Assembly: GCA_964388975.1 (NCBI GenBank)
Contig: CAYMCF010000001.1
Coordinates: 1-42,968, forward strand
DNA from: an uncultured Candidatus Saccharibacteria bacterium
GTDB taxonomy: Bacteria > Patescibacteriota > Saccharimonadia > Saccharimonadales > Saccharimonadaceae
Reading direction: 5' to 3'
Length of the DNA stretch: 42,968 bases
Of this stretch, positions 1 to 10,067 are shown piece by piece. Positions within the stretch are counted from its first letter, which is position 1. Every line of letters begins with the position of its first letter. The position numbers and the translations under genes were made by a program. Below the pieces are notes generated by a model. The model made no database searches. It was given only the letters and a program-made list of their open reading frames with translations, and was not told the origin of the DNA.

Positions 1-70
1 TTTACTCTCTAGAAGAACAGGGGTGTAAAACAACTAGAAAACGGTATTAGACCAATTATTTTGCTCACAC

Positions 71-109
71 ACCAAGAATCGCTCCAGCAATGGAGCGGTT
101 TTTGGTTTT
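71..109 (+). terminator. Intrinsic terminator-like hairpin, probably for a gene upstream of the window
   Basis: 16-bp stem ACCAAGAATCGCTCCA / TGGAGCGGTTTTTGGT with two G-U pairs on the + strand, a GCAA tetraloop and a following T run. Confidence 0.65.
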
Positions 110-192
110 AGCGACAGTTATTGATGCTTATTTGCAAGACATAAACATCCCTAAATTTACAATAAAGTTTTAGCTTGGCCTCTATCCAGGCT

Positions 193-222
193 AAAGCCAC
201 CCGCAGGGAATGAGTGGCTTTT
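193..222 (-). terminator. Possible terminator of the pilin cluster
   Basis: AAAGCCAC...GTGGCTTT inverted repeat about 40 nt downstream of the last pilin stop. Confidence 0.45.
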
Positions 223-260
223 GGAATATTTTTACAACTTCAGAAGAGGAGCTAGAAGAA

Positions 261-728
261 TTAAGCAATCCGGTCAATATCGTCCACGATCCGGACGTAG
301 CCTTCGTCCTCATCACTACCATCGTCATCTCCACCGGTTTTCGGAGTAATGATACCCATGACGAAATTCACAATCGCAAAGGCCAATAGTGCTACCACTA
401 AACCCACTACGCCGTAGAGAACAGTATGCTTGGCTTTGGCCACCTTAGCAGCGTCACCCTGTGAAGTAATAAAGGTGATACCCCCTAAAATCATCACTAC
501 TACCGCTAGCAAGCCAACAATACCGGTGATGATATTAATCGCATTTACAATGGTACTGTTGATATCTGGCTCATCGTCTTTTTGATGAGGAATACTACAT
601 TCCGCTAAGCTCGGAGCTTCCGTATTTTGTGACCCCGCGGGACACGTAATCGCCGAGACTGGCTGCACCCAACTAGCCACCCCAATAATGCCCACCATTG
701 CTAAAACTACTAAAATTACTTTTTTCAT
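261..728 (-). CDS. VirB2/TrbC-like T4SS pilin paralog 1
   Basis: Signal peptide, Cys-x14-Cys loop, two hydrophobic helices flanking ITSQGDAAKVAKAK; acidic C-terminal tail. Confidence 0.85.
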   Translation of the reverse strand: MKKVILVVLAMVGIIGVASWVQPVSAITCPAGSQNTEAPSLAECSIPHQKDDEPDINSTIVNAINIITGIVGLLAVVVMILGGITFITSQGDAAKVAKAKHTVLYGVVGLVVALLAFAIVNFVMGIITPKTGGDDDGSDEDEGYVRIVDDIDRIA

Positions 729-748
729 GATGAGGCCTTTCTATCCCC

Positions 749-1240
749 TTACTGCATTAAAGCAGCCGGAGATTCAATCACTACATTACCAGTTGACGGG
801 CCAGTACTAGCGCCAGTGCCGATACTGCCGCCACCTTTATTATTGCCAAATACGTTCGATAAGACGAAGTTCACAATTGCAAAAGCCAGCATTGCCACAA
901 TCAAGCCCACTACGCCGTAAAGAATGGTATTCTTCGCCTTGGTGACTTTTGCGGCATCGCCCTGTGAAGTAATGAAGCTAATACCGCCTAAGATCATCAT
1001 TACCACTGCAATAAAGCCTACGATACCGATAATCACATTAATTACCGTACCCAAAATAGCGTTAAGATCACTATTATTCTCAGCAATATCTACCCCTTCG
1101 AAGCAACCGGAAATCGTCCCATCACCCGATTCTGAACCATCCGGACACCTATAGGCGTAAGCTGGCGACATCGTTGCAATTCCGCTTAACCCCACTATCG
1201 TCAATAGTGCCGCCACAATACTTAGTATTAGCTTCTTCAT
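749..1240 (-). CDS. VirB2/TrbC-like T4SS pilin paralog 2
   Basis: Same core (ITSQGDAAKVTKAKNTILYGVVGL), Cys-x13-Cys loop, GGGAG SD; Gly/Ser/Thr tail. Confidence 0.85.
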   Translation of the reverse strand: MKKLILSIVAALLTIVGLSGIATMSPAYAYRCPDGSESGDGTISGCFEGVDIAENNSDLNAILGTVINVIIGIVGFIAVVMMILGGISFITSQGDAAKVTKAKNTILYGVVGLIVAMLAFAIVNFVLSNVFGNNKGGGSIGTGASTGPSTGNVVIESPAALMQ

Positions 1241-1317
1241 TTAGAACTCCCTTTTATCTACTCTTACTTTCTATCATACCGCACAAACCGCTTTGTGTCT
1301 ATGATTTTTCTAAATTT

Positions 1318-1695
1318 TTACCCGCTCACCGCGCCACTTACGAACCGTACAATCACGAAGGCCAGCAGGGAAACTACCAGCCCGACAATGCCATAGATAA
1401 TAATATGTTTAGCTTTGTTCACTTTTGCTGCATCACCAGTACTAGTAATATAAGTAAACCCGCCAAAGATCATCACACAGACCGCCACTAGCGCCAAGAA
1501 GCCGGTTACTACTTGCAGGACGCCGTTCACCACCGCATCAGCAGTTTTGCTAGTATTGCAGCCGGCAGCATCCTTGAGATCGTTATCAATGCTCTCGTCA
1601 GAACAAATATCGCCCGCTGCCATCACCGGCTGCACTATTGCACCGCTCAACGCCACTAAGCTTAGCATTAAAATACTTAATAATCTCCGTTTCAT
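1318..1695 (-). CDS. VirB2/TrbC-like T4SS pilin paralog 3
   Basis: Core YITSTGDAAKVNKAKHIIIYGIVGL; Cys-x14-Cys loop. Confidence 0.85.
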   Translation of the reverse strand: MKRRLLSILMLSLVALSGAIVQPVMAAGDICSDESIDNDLKDAAGCNTSKTADAVVNGVLQVVTGFLALVAVCVMIFGGFTYITSTGDAAKVNKAKHIIIYGIVGLVVSLLAFVIVRFVSGAVSG

Positions 1696-1696
1696 C

Positions 1697-2359
1697 TTAC
1701 ATTGCTCCGCTTATTGTGCTGGTAATAAAGCTGGTAATCACCGCCGCCAAAATCACTACGACTAAGCCCACCACCGAAGCGATTAGTCCACGTGTGGCTT
1801 GTTTAGTCTTGCCAGGATCACCACCCGATAGCATATAGTCAGCACCGCTCTTGATAATGAAGATTACTGCCACCAACCCCGCCATGCCGTAGGCCCAAGA
1901 GAATACGCCAGAAACCTGCTCCGCCGTAATAGAATCTTTAGGGCCATCGGTCAGACCGAACACTAGTTTCAGGGTGTTCACAATCACCGTCGCCCCCATG
2001 GCAATCACCACACCAATAATCGCCGACATCATGGCTTTCTTACCCTTTGCCATCTTGCCCGGGTCGCCCTGTGACATAATATAGAGATAGCCACTATAGA
2101 TCACCATCGCCACCGCAATGTAGCCCACCGCCAAACTAAGGTCAAAGATTATGTTTAATACGATCGTCCAGACAAAGCTTGCTAAGTTGTCCTCGCCTTT
2201 TTCCACCGGCGTAATCTCTCCACCTTCGCAGAGACCGTCATACCATGGTTTAAAGCCTAACGGCGGATCTTCATCGCATTTAGCTGCTACCGGCTGCGCC
2301 ATGAGGCTAAAGTTGGCAATTAAGATTGCCCCTATAATACCCAAAATCATCCTTCTCAT
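1697..2359 (-). CDS. Tandem double-domain VirB2-like pilin
   Basis: Two pilin cores (YIMSQGDPGKMAKGK and YMLSGGDPGKTKQAT) in one chain; Cys-x15-Cys loop. Confidence 0.8.
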   Translation of the reverse strand: MRRMILGIIGAILIANFSLMAQPVAAKCDEDPPLGFKPWYDGLCEGGEITPVEKGEDNLASFVWTIVLNIIFDLSLAVGYIAVAMVIYSGYLYIMSQGDPGKMAKGKKAMMSAIIGVVIAMGATVIVNTLKLVFGLTDGPKDSITAEQVSGVFSWAYGMAGLVAVIFIIKSGADYMLSGGDPGKTKQATRGLIASVVGLVVVILAAVITSFITSTISGAM

Positions 2360-2536
2360 AGCTTTATCTTATCATCTTTTTTTGAAAAAACCAAGTATGA
2401 CTCGCTATGCGTCCATAAGTTTCAACAAAATTTTCTACTTTCCTTAATTTTACCTTAAAATATTATAACATAATCACTTTCGAGCCGCTTAAGGTTACAA
2501 AATTGCTCAATTCCTAAGCTTTTTCCATAAAACCTA

Positions 2537-2565
2537 TTGACTAAAGAGCTTATGTGTGGTATAAT
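2537..2565 (+). promoter_or_regulatory. Sigma70-type promoter of the T4SS operon
   Basis: TTGACT (2537-2542), 17-nt spacer, TG-G-TATAAT (hexamer 2560-2565). Confidence 0.8.
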
Positions 2566-2606
2566 GGAATTATGACCCAAATTATGGGTTTTGAGGAAGT
2601 TTGTTT

Positions 2607-5600
2607 ATGAAAAATCGTTTAACCAAGTTCGCTACGGTGATTTTGCTCGTGTTTAGCGTAATTTTTGGTGGTTTGGCAGCTTCCTCTTTCTTAAGCTCTC
2701 CGGCACAAGCCATTCGCGCACCGATTTTACCAGAAGTAGATGAAGAAAATCCGAGCGAAGATTCAGAAACTAGCGACGAAGAAGCCCCATCAGAAGAAGA
2801 TGGATCCGAGGAAACTGAAGGTAGCGAAGATGGCTCCGAAGACTCTGAAGACGGGGAAGCAGGAGACGATGCCGAGGCAGGGGAAGCTGATGAAGAGACC
2901 AGCGTTAATGTCTGTAAAGAAGAAGCTGGCTCGCTCTACTGGGTAATCTGCCCAACTACTCAAGTTATCTCCGGCGCAGTTGATAAGCTTTACGGCGCCA
3001 TCGAAGATATGCTGGTAGTAAAGCCGCTTACAACTGATGATACTTCGCCAATCTACATCGTCTGGAAATATATGCGCAGTATTACAAATATCGCCTTTGT
3101 GATTCTGCTACTAATCGTCATTCTTTCGCAGGTCACCGGTTTTGGTATTAATAATTATGGCGTAAAACGCGTTTTGCCGCGTTTGATTATTGCAGTAATT
3201 TTGGTGAATTTGAGCTTCCTCATCTGTTCACTAGCAGTGGACGTGAGTAATGTGGTAGGGTACAGCTTGAGGGGGTTTTTCCTAGATATCCAAGAAAAAA
3301 TGCTAGCCGCCTCTGGGGAATTTGCGGCCACTGCAGATATCTCTATTGCTACGATTGTCGGCACACTCCTAGGCGGAGCGTCTATTGCTGGAATCGCTAT
3401 TGGCGTAGCTGGTGGTATGGGTCAGCTTTTCTGGGCCTTAGCGATTGTTTTGATTGGCGCGCTCGGTGCTGTGATAGCTGGACTCATCACCATTGCCGGC
3501 CGCCAAGCTTTAGTAGCTTTACTCGTGATGGTGGCACCGCTTGCCATGGTAGCATACCTCTTACCAAATACCGAGCGTTGGTTTAATCAATGGAAGAACC
3601 TTCTCCTGCGCATGTTGATCTTTTACCCAATGTTCAGCTTCCTTTTTGGGGCTTCGCAATTGGTTGGTTGGGCCTTAATTGCCGCCGCCAGTAACGGCTT
3701 TGGTGTAGTTTTAGGCTTAGCGGTACAAATTTTCCCACTCTTCTTCTCTTGGTCGCTCATGAAGATGTCTGGCACCATTCTCGAATCGGTCCACTCTGGC
3801 CTACGTCGCGCCATGACTCCGCTACAACGCAATGCTGCTGGCTGGGCCATGGAGCACCGCGAGGATGCTCGTCAGAGTTATTATGCGCATTCCGCCATGT
3901 CTGGCTCGCGCTTACGAGAGTATCTCGATAAACGTCGCGACTTGCGTATGCTGAACACACACAATAACCTAGAAACCCGTCGTAACCGTTCAATGCAATG
4001 GGTCTATACTCGCGCCTCGTCTATCTCTGGGCGTAACGATCAGGGCAACATGACCTGGGACGGAGAAGAGAATCGCTACACTCGCAGCGCTAAGACCGCC
4101 AGTTATTACACTACCGCCGCCGAAACCGCTCAGGCTGCCTATCAGAACACCCTTTCTGCCTACGGTCGCCATTTTGACAACCGCGCCGCACAGCGCTTGT
4201 CAGATTTGCATGGTGAAGCTTTTGCCGACTCCATGGCACAGCGCTTCTTGGCTACTAACGAAGCTCAATCCGACCAAGAGTGGCTGCTCAACCGCTACCT
4301 CACTGCGGCCACTAATATGAACACTGACCGCTACGAATACAACCGCTTCATCAAAGACGCAGCGGGCGGTTTGGGCCATAATGGTGAGTCATCCATCATG
4401 GGCCAAGTTATCTATAATAGCTCGGTGATCGAGAACCGCCGGCGTGGGGAAGCACGCATCATTGCCACTAAATTTGGCGTATCTAAAACCCAAATGCGCG
4501 GTATGACTTTTGATAAAGCTTTCATCAATGATAATGGCTACGAAACTGACGAAAATGGCGTGGTGATTGAAGACGACCAATATAACTTACTCGAGAAATA
4601 TAAAGACCGCCACAAGCCTTGGCAATATTATATTGCCGTTAATAAGAAAACTGATCGCGAGATTACCCGGGAAGAGTACGATGCATTGCCAGAAGTTTCG
4701 CGCAAGAATAATCTAGGTGAAATAGAGGTAGAAGGCAAGGATCTTTACCGCAAGGTGCGTTACTTTGACATTCTTAATGATGACGGTAAGCCCGTCCAAC
4801 GCGTGTTTGAAGATGATGCTGGCTACATGAAAGAGTTACTACGCGATGACATTGCAATCGGCGATCCTATTAACATTCGCTATCTCACCGAGATCGGTGT
4901 GGCTCACGCTCCAGGTGAGAAGACTGGGCAATTGCGCCGCTATCACAGTACCATTTCTGCAGCCATGCTAGAAACTAAATACAAGGAACATTCAGCTGAA
5001 GTCACGCCGATGATTACTGCTCAGACCAATGCCGGCTACGTTACCACTAAAGGTCAGTATAACATTGGTAACCTCCAAAGCTTAGCTGTCGCCTCAAAGC
5101 CAGGCTCCTTCTTCCAAAACGATGCCTTTGCAATCGAGAACTGGGGCAACATCTTTGCCTGCGTTGGCAAGGAAGATGATGGCAGCATCGGCAGCTTCTC
5201 TTACTACTTCCCGGATGCTGCGATCGAGTATTACCGTAATGTCAATGGCAAGGCTCTCGGTGGTCTCCGCGCTATTTACAATGACGATGCTGAGCAAATT
5301 GGTTGGCAAGAGCTATCACCAGATGAGTCACCTACTTTAGAAGAGAAGAAAAACTTGCTCAAGCATAAAATTATTCCGAAAGCTGCCGCCAAGGTTGCCG
5401 GTATGCTCGGCAACAACATTCCACAAGCTGCTCGCGATGGTCAGAAGCCAGATACGATTAAAGCACTCGACAAGCTTACTGATCAGCTCATCAAAATTAA
5501 TTACGACAACTTCGGCTTGGATGAAGCTGGCAATGTAGTTGAGAATCCCCTGGCCTTCAACCAGCGGCTCAATCCTAGCGTTGATATTCTCGCAGCGCCA

Positions 5601-6197
5601 GACTCTAATATCTTCAAGCAAAAAATTGAAGACGCTAAGAAAATCCTGCAGGCTGCACTCGGCCAAGAACCATCGGCAGAAGCTGATGATTACGATGGCG
5701 ATGATGGTGGAAATAGTGGCGGTGGCGGTAATAATGGCCCATCCGGTTCTGCCCGCCACAGCAATAGCAACAGCCAAAACAGCGGCGGTGGCAATAGTGG
5801 CGGTAATAATCCAGTCTACGAGCATAACCCTTACGCGCGTCAGAGTATTCATCAAGCTATGAAGAAATTGCAGCGCGACCGCGAAGCTCAAGCTCAATAC
5901 GACCACCGCAATAGTTACGAAACTATTCGCAATACCATTGATGACTACTTCGCAGTGGTTACCGATTACGAATCGCTGGGCCAACAATTAATAGACTACT
6001 TCGGCGAAACTGAACGCTTGCAAAATTTGCAAGGAGAGTGTGCCGACTTAGTCGACTATCACCGCTACAAAGGCGATGCCGAGTCGACCGATGATATTAT
6101 CGAGCAAACTGCCAACCTTCACGATAAAATTCAAGAAAGTATTGACAATCTACACGCAGCAATTCTTGACCTGCTCGATACAATTAGTTTTGATTAG
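2607..6197 (+). CDS. Extended VirB6/TrbL-like T4SS polytopic membrane protein
   Basis: Signal peptide, acidic linker, multiple TM helices (LPRLIIAVILVNLSF, APLAMVAYLLPNTERWF) and a ~800-aa soluble tail; ATG 2607 preferred because of the GAGGA SD; position before prgI/virB4. Confidence 0.75.
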   Translation: MKNRLTKFATVILLVFSVIFGGLAASSFLSSPAQAIRAPILPEVDEENPSEDSETSDEEAPSEEDGSEETEGSEDGSEDSEDGEAGDDAEAGEADEETSVNVCKEEAGSLYWVICPTTQVISGAVDKLYGAIEDMLVVKPLTTDDTSPIYIVWKYMRSITNIAFVILLLIVILSQVTGFGINNYGVKRVLPRLIIAVILVNLSFLICSLAVDVSNVVGYSLRGFFLDIQEKMLAASGEFAATADISIATIVGTLLGGASIAGIAIGVAGGMGQLFWALAIVLIGALGAVIAGLITIAGRQALVALLVMVAPLAMVAYLLPNTERWFNQWKNLLLRMLIFYPMFSFLFGASQLVGWALIAAASNGFGVVLGLAVQIFPLFFSWSLMKMSGTILESVHSGLRRAMTPLQRNAAGWAMEHREDARQSYYAHSAMSGSRLREYLDKRRDLRMLNTHNNLETRRNRSMQWVYTRASSISGRNDQGNMTWDGEENRYTRSAKTASYYTTAAETAQAAYQNTLSAYGRHFDNRAAQRLSDLHGEAFADSMAQRFLATNEAQSDQEWLLNRYLTAATNMNTDRYEYNRFIKDAAGGLGHNGESSIMGQVIYNSSVIENRRRGEARIIATKFGVSKTQMRGMTFDKAFINDNGYETDENGVVIEDDQYNLLEKYKDRHKPWQYYIAVNKKTDREITREEYDALPEVSRKNNLGEIEVEGKDLYRKVRYFDILNDDGKPVQRVFEDDAGYMKELLRDDIAIGDPINIRYLTEIGVAHAPGEKTGQLRRYHSTISAAMLETKYKEHSAEVTPMITAQTNAGYVTTKGQYNIGNLQSLAVASKPGSFFQNDAFAIENWGNIFACVGKEDDGSIGSFSYYFPDAAIEYYRNVNGKALGGLRAIYNDDAEQIGWQELSPDESPTLEEKKNLLKHKIIPKAAAKVAGMLGNNIPQAARDGQKPDTIKALDKLTDQLIKINYDNFGLDEAGNVVENPLAFNQRLNPSVDILAAPDSNIFKQKIEDAKKILQAALGQEPSAEADDYDGDDGGNSGGGGNNGPSGSARHSNSNSQNSGGGNSGGNNPVYEHNPYARQSIHQAMKKLQRDREAQAQYDHRNSYETIRNTIDDYFAVVTDYESLGQQLIDYFGETERLQNLQGECADLVDYHRYKGDAESTDDIIEQTANLHDKIQESIDNLHAAILDLLDTISFD

Positions 6198-6280
6198 TGG
6201 ATCTTAACTTTATCTAATAACCTCACATTTCTCATAAAATCTATATAGCAAACTCACCCAACTTGTTATATAATGATATT

Positions 6281-7225
6281 ATGGCAACATACAAAGTTCC
6301 GCAGGACGTTGAGGCGGACGATAAGTTATTGGGACCATTTACCTTTAGACAATTTATTTATTTAATGATTGTCTTTGGGTGCGTTATGCTAGCGGTGGGC
6401 TTATTTCAGATTTATCCACTTCTGGCGGTGATACCTATACCGGTCGCCCTCTTCTTTGGCATTCTTGCGCTTCCGATTAAAAAAGATCAGCCTATGGAGA
6501 CCTACCTAGCAGCTTTATGGTCATTCTATACTAAGCCAAACAAGCGCTATTGGATTCCCGGGCAAAGCGAATCAACTATTCTCATCACCACCCCCAAAAA
6601 GGTAGAAGCTCCACGCGCGCGCAACTTATCTTCTGATGAAGCCGGACATCGCTTGTCCTTTTTGGCGGAAATTGTTGATTCCGAAGGTCAAGCTATCAAA
6701 AGCGCCTCTACGCCCATGAAGGATGAGTTTTATGCCGAAGCCTATAATACCACTGATATGTTTGATCGCAATAGCAACGCTAATTATAATATCAGCAACA
6801 TGATGGTACAAGAGCAAGACGAGCGTCGTGCTGCCATAGTTGAGCAAATGCGTAATGCCATTGCTCAGTCAGATTATAACTACGAGAATCGCGCTGCCAA
6901 TCAAGCCATGCCCGCTATTCCGGGGCAGAGGATTATTCAGCCACGCAGTGGCTATGGCGGCACGAATAATGATTTTACTGCTTCTGGCGCGCCCGGTACT
7001 TTGTCGGGATTTGAATCACCGGCTGTAGTGCAGCCGTTGCTTACACCCACTCCTAGCGTTGCACCAGATTATAGTCTTGATGACCCCGCCCTAATGCAGC
7101 AACAAATGAACAACCTAGCTAATCTGCAGCCAAGTTCCGCTTTGCCACCCGTTGAAAATATCCAGCAAGAAGCCGATCGTATTCGCAAAGAAAACGAGAG
7201 TGAAGTTTATGTATCATTACATTAA
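6281..7225 (+). CDS. PrgI-family (VirB3-like) T4SS membrane protein
   Basis: YKVPQDVEADDKLLGPFTFRQFIY followed by two TM helices; ATG 6281 lies 6 nt after TATAAT. Confidence 0.8.
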   Translation: MATYKVPQDVEADDKLLGPFTFRQFIYLMIVFGCVMLAVGLFQIYPLLAVIPIPVALFFGILALPIKKDQPMETYLAALWSFYTKPNKRYWIPGQSESTILITTPKKVEAPRARNLSSDEAGHRLSFLAEIVDSEGQAIKSASTPMKDEFYAEAYNTTDMFDRNSNANYNISNMMVQEQDERRAAIVEQMRNAIAQSDYNYENRAANQAMPAIPGQRIIQPRSGYGGTNNDFTASGAPGTLSGFESPAVVQPLLTPTPSVAPDYSLDDPALMQQQMNNLANLQPSSALPPVENIQQEADRIRKENESEVYVSLH

Positions 7226-7237
7226 GGAGCAATTTTA

Positions 7238-8251
7238 ATGAACCCACAAGTTAACCCTGGAGCAAATGGCACGCCTCAATTTGGCATACCGCCGCAGCCA
7301 CCTATGCCCGCTCAATCTAGGCAGATGCCACAACCTATACCACAGCAGCCTAGCATGCAGCCTATGGGCATGCAAGCAACTGGCCCACAAATGGCGCAAA
7401 CACAATTTGCACAACCGCAATATACTCAACAGCAATTATTGCAGCAGCGTCAGATGGCCATGCAAACTACTGGTCCGCAGATGGTGGCGCCACCTGCTGC
7501 CGAAGGCCCACAAACCCTTGCTTCGCAGCAAGATTTACCAAAAGTCGTGGAAACGCCGATTTCTACTCAATCTACTTTGATGATTTCTGAGCTGCGCGAC
7601 GGTATCGTAATTATGAAAGATGGCTCTTTTCGCGCTGTCGTGGCCTGCCAATCAATTAACTTCGACCTTATGTCCGCCCAGGAGCGCGAAGGCGTAGAAT
7701 ATAGTTATCAAAACTTTCTGAACTCGCTGAACTTTACCGTACAGATCTTAGTGCGTTCGCAACGAGTCGACATTGGCCCTTATATCGAACGGCTTTCCGC
7801 GATTCGCCGCAACAACGATAATATGCTGCTGGGAGTCCTGATGGATGATTACATCAACTTTATTGATGTGCTATCTCAAGAAGCTAATATTATGGATAAA
7901 TCTTTCTTTGTGGTGATTCCATATTACAGTTCTGCCGACGCCGAAGCTTTCGTAAACCAAACCAAAAACTTATTCAAAACTTTCGGTAAAAAAGCTCCAT
8001 CCGTCACTAAAATCAATCGTGATACTTATAATAAAGCTGTCGACGAGCTTAATAATCGTGTCGAATCGGTAATTTCTGGGCTTTTCCATATTAATATTCA
8101 GTCGGTACGTTTAAATACCCGCGAACTTGCTGAGTTATATTATAACTTTAACAACCCCGATACTGCCGTCCGCGAACCATTAGTCGATTTTACCAAGCTC
8201 GCCACAACTTATGTACGCAAAGGAGACGAACCATATGTCCAAGAAAGATAA
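7238..8251 (+). CDS. VirB4-associated T4SS protein resembling a VirB4/TraC N-terminal module, with Q/P/M-rich N-terminus
   Basis: STQ...RDGIVIMKDG...SINFDLMS..E...YQNFLNSLNF motif; AAGGAG SD; overlaps the virB4 start. Confidence 0.65.
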   Translation: MNPQVNPGANGTPQFGIPPQPPMPAQSRQMPQPIPQQPSMQPMGMQATGPQMAQTQFAQPQYTQQQLLQQRQMAMQTTGPQMVAPPAAEGPQTLASQQDLPKVVETPISTQSTLMISELRDGIVIMKDGSFRAVVACQSINFDLMSAQEREGVEYSYQNFLNSLNFTVQILVRSQRVDIGPYIERLSAIRRNNDNMLLGVLMDDYINFIDVLSQEANIMDKSFFVVIPYYSSADAEAFVNQTKNLFKTFGKKAPSVTKINRDTYNKAVDELNNRVESVISGLFHINIQSVRLNTRELAELYYNFNNPDTAVREPLVDFTKLATTYVRKGDEPYVQER

Positions 8252-10067
8252 AAAAGCCAAGTTATCCGCAGCCGAAATTGCTATGCAATCGCAAGCTGCC
8301 GAAGAGGCGGAAATCCAGCAAGCCTTTGAGCAGGGAATTACCACGCTGCGTGACTTAATCTCTCCAAGCTCGATTGAAATTCACTCTGGTTATTTCCGTC
8401 TCGGTACTAAATATGGTCGCACAGTGTATGTTTATGGATATCCGCGTACTTTGTATACTGGCTGGATCTCACCATTAATTAATGTCGATGAGGTACTTGA
8501 TGTATCTATGTATGTTTATCCAGTCGAAACTACCGTCGTAATGAAGAACTTGCGCAAAAAAGTTACTCAGCTAGAAGCAAGTTATAATGTCAATGCTGAG
8601 CGTGGTAAAGTACGTGATCCAGAAATTGAAGCCGCCATTATCGATGCTGAGGAATTACGCGATAAGCTCCAAGTGGGCGCGGAAAAGTTTTTCCGTTTTG
8701 GTTTATATATTACTCTATGGGCAGATTCTTTGGATGAGTTAAATTTTGTCCAGCATAAGATTGAAACTATGCTCGGTCAGCAAATGGTTTTCTCCAAAGT
8801 TGCCAGCTCACAACAAGAGCAGGGTATGAACAGTACCCTACCACAATGCACCGATCAACTACAAATTCGCCGCAATATGAACACTGGTGCAATTTCTACC
8901 TGTTTTCCATTTACTTCTGCTGACCTCACCCAAGAAAAAGGCATTCTTTATGGTATTAACATGCATAATAATGGCTTGGTGATTTTTGACCGCTTTTCCT
9001 TGGAAAATGCTAACTTAGTAGTATTCGCTAAGTCTGGTGCTGGTAAATCTTTTGCCGTCAAGCTCGAAGCTTTACGTTCTATGATGATTGGTGCAGAAAT
9101 CCTGATTATCGACCCAGAAAATGAGTATCAGCGACTCTGTGACGCAGTAGGTGGAAGCTATATTCGGCTTTCTCTTAACTCTGATGTACGCATTAATCCA
9201 TTTGATCTACCAAAAGTAGTGGATAGCGAAGACGCCAATGATGCTTTGCGCGCTAATTTAGTTACTTTGCATGGTTTGTTCCGCTTAATGCTGGGCGGCA
9301 ACCAAATCGGTCCAAACGGGCAAATCGTTCCCGCCCTTACCGCTAATGAAGAAGCCGATCTCGACCAAGCTTTAATCGATACTTACGCACGCGCCGGTAT
9401 TACAAGCGATCCCAACACTCACCAAAATATGCCGCCAACTATTATTAACTTGTATGACACTTTACTACATATGGGTGGCACCGGGCCACAACTAGCTCAG
9501 CGTTTACGTAAATATACTACCGGTACTTTTGCCGGAATCTTCTCTCAACAGTCCAATATTGACATTAATAACCAAATGGTAGTATTTAATATTCGCGATC
9601 TCGAAGATGAACTACGTCCTGTCGCAATGTATATCATCTTGTCACATATCTGGAATATTGTCCGCGCCGATCAGCGCCGCCGTCTCCTAATCGTAGATGA
9701 GGCTTGGCAGCTCATGAAATATGACGATTCCGCTAACTTCCTCTTTAGTCTCGCGAAGCGCGCACGTAAGTATTATCTCGGCCTCACCACTATTACGCAG
9801 GACGTGGAAGACTTCATGAGTAGCAAGATGGGTCGTGCGATTGTAGCAAACTCATCCATGCAGTTGCTACTCAAGCAGTCAGCTTCCGCGGTAGATGTTT
9901 TGTCGGATGTTTTCAAATTAACTAGCGAAGAGAAGAAACGTCTATCCAGCTTCCCAGTCGGGCATGGGCTTTTCTTTGCTGGCGCCAACCACGTGCATTT
10001 GCAGATTATTGCCTCAGAGACTGAAGAATCATTAATTACTACTAGACCAGGAGATAAGCGTCAATAA
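8235..10067 (+). CDS. virB4: VirB4-family T4SS ATPase
   Basis: Walker A AKSGAGKS, IIDPENEY, Walker B LIVDEAW, KRARKY...TQD; AGGAG SD before ATG 8235. Confidence 0.92.
   Translation: MSKKDKKAKLSAAEIAMQSQAAEEAEIQQAFEQGITTLRDLISPSSIEIHSGYFRLGTKYGRTVYVYGYPRTLYTGWISPLINVDEVLDVSMYVYPVETTVVMKNLRKKVTQLEASYNVNAERGKVRDPEIEAAIIDAEELRDKLQVGAEKFFRFGLYITLWADSLDELNFVQHKIETMLGQQMVFSKVASSQQEQGMNSTLPQCTDQLQIRRNMNTGAISTCFPFTSADLTQEKGILYGINMHNNGLVIFDRFSLENANLVVFAKSGAGKSFAVKLEALRSMMIGAEILIIDPENEYQRLCDAVGGSYIRLSLNSDVRINPFDLPKVVDSEDANDALRANLVTLHGLFRLMLGGNQIGPNGQIVPALTANEEADLDQALIDTYARAGITSDPNTHQNMPPTIINLYDTLLHMGGTGPQLAQRLRKYTTGTFAGIFSQQSNIDINNQMVVFNIRDLEDELRPVAMYIILSHIWNIVRADQRRRLLIVDEAWQLMKYDDSANFLFSLAKRARKYYLGLTTITQDVEDFMSSKMGRAIVANSSMQLLLKQSASAVDVLSDVFKLTSEEKKRLSSFPVGHGLFFAGANHVHLQIIASETEESLITTRPGDKRQ

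Noticed and set aside
3-50. Possible 3' end of a + strand gene
   Set aside because: Too short to identify; supported only by the downstream terminator-like hairpin
5337-5987. 216-aa antisense ORF
   Set aside because: Shadow of the VirB6-like gene; its hydrophobic run mirrors the G/N/S linker codons
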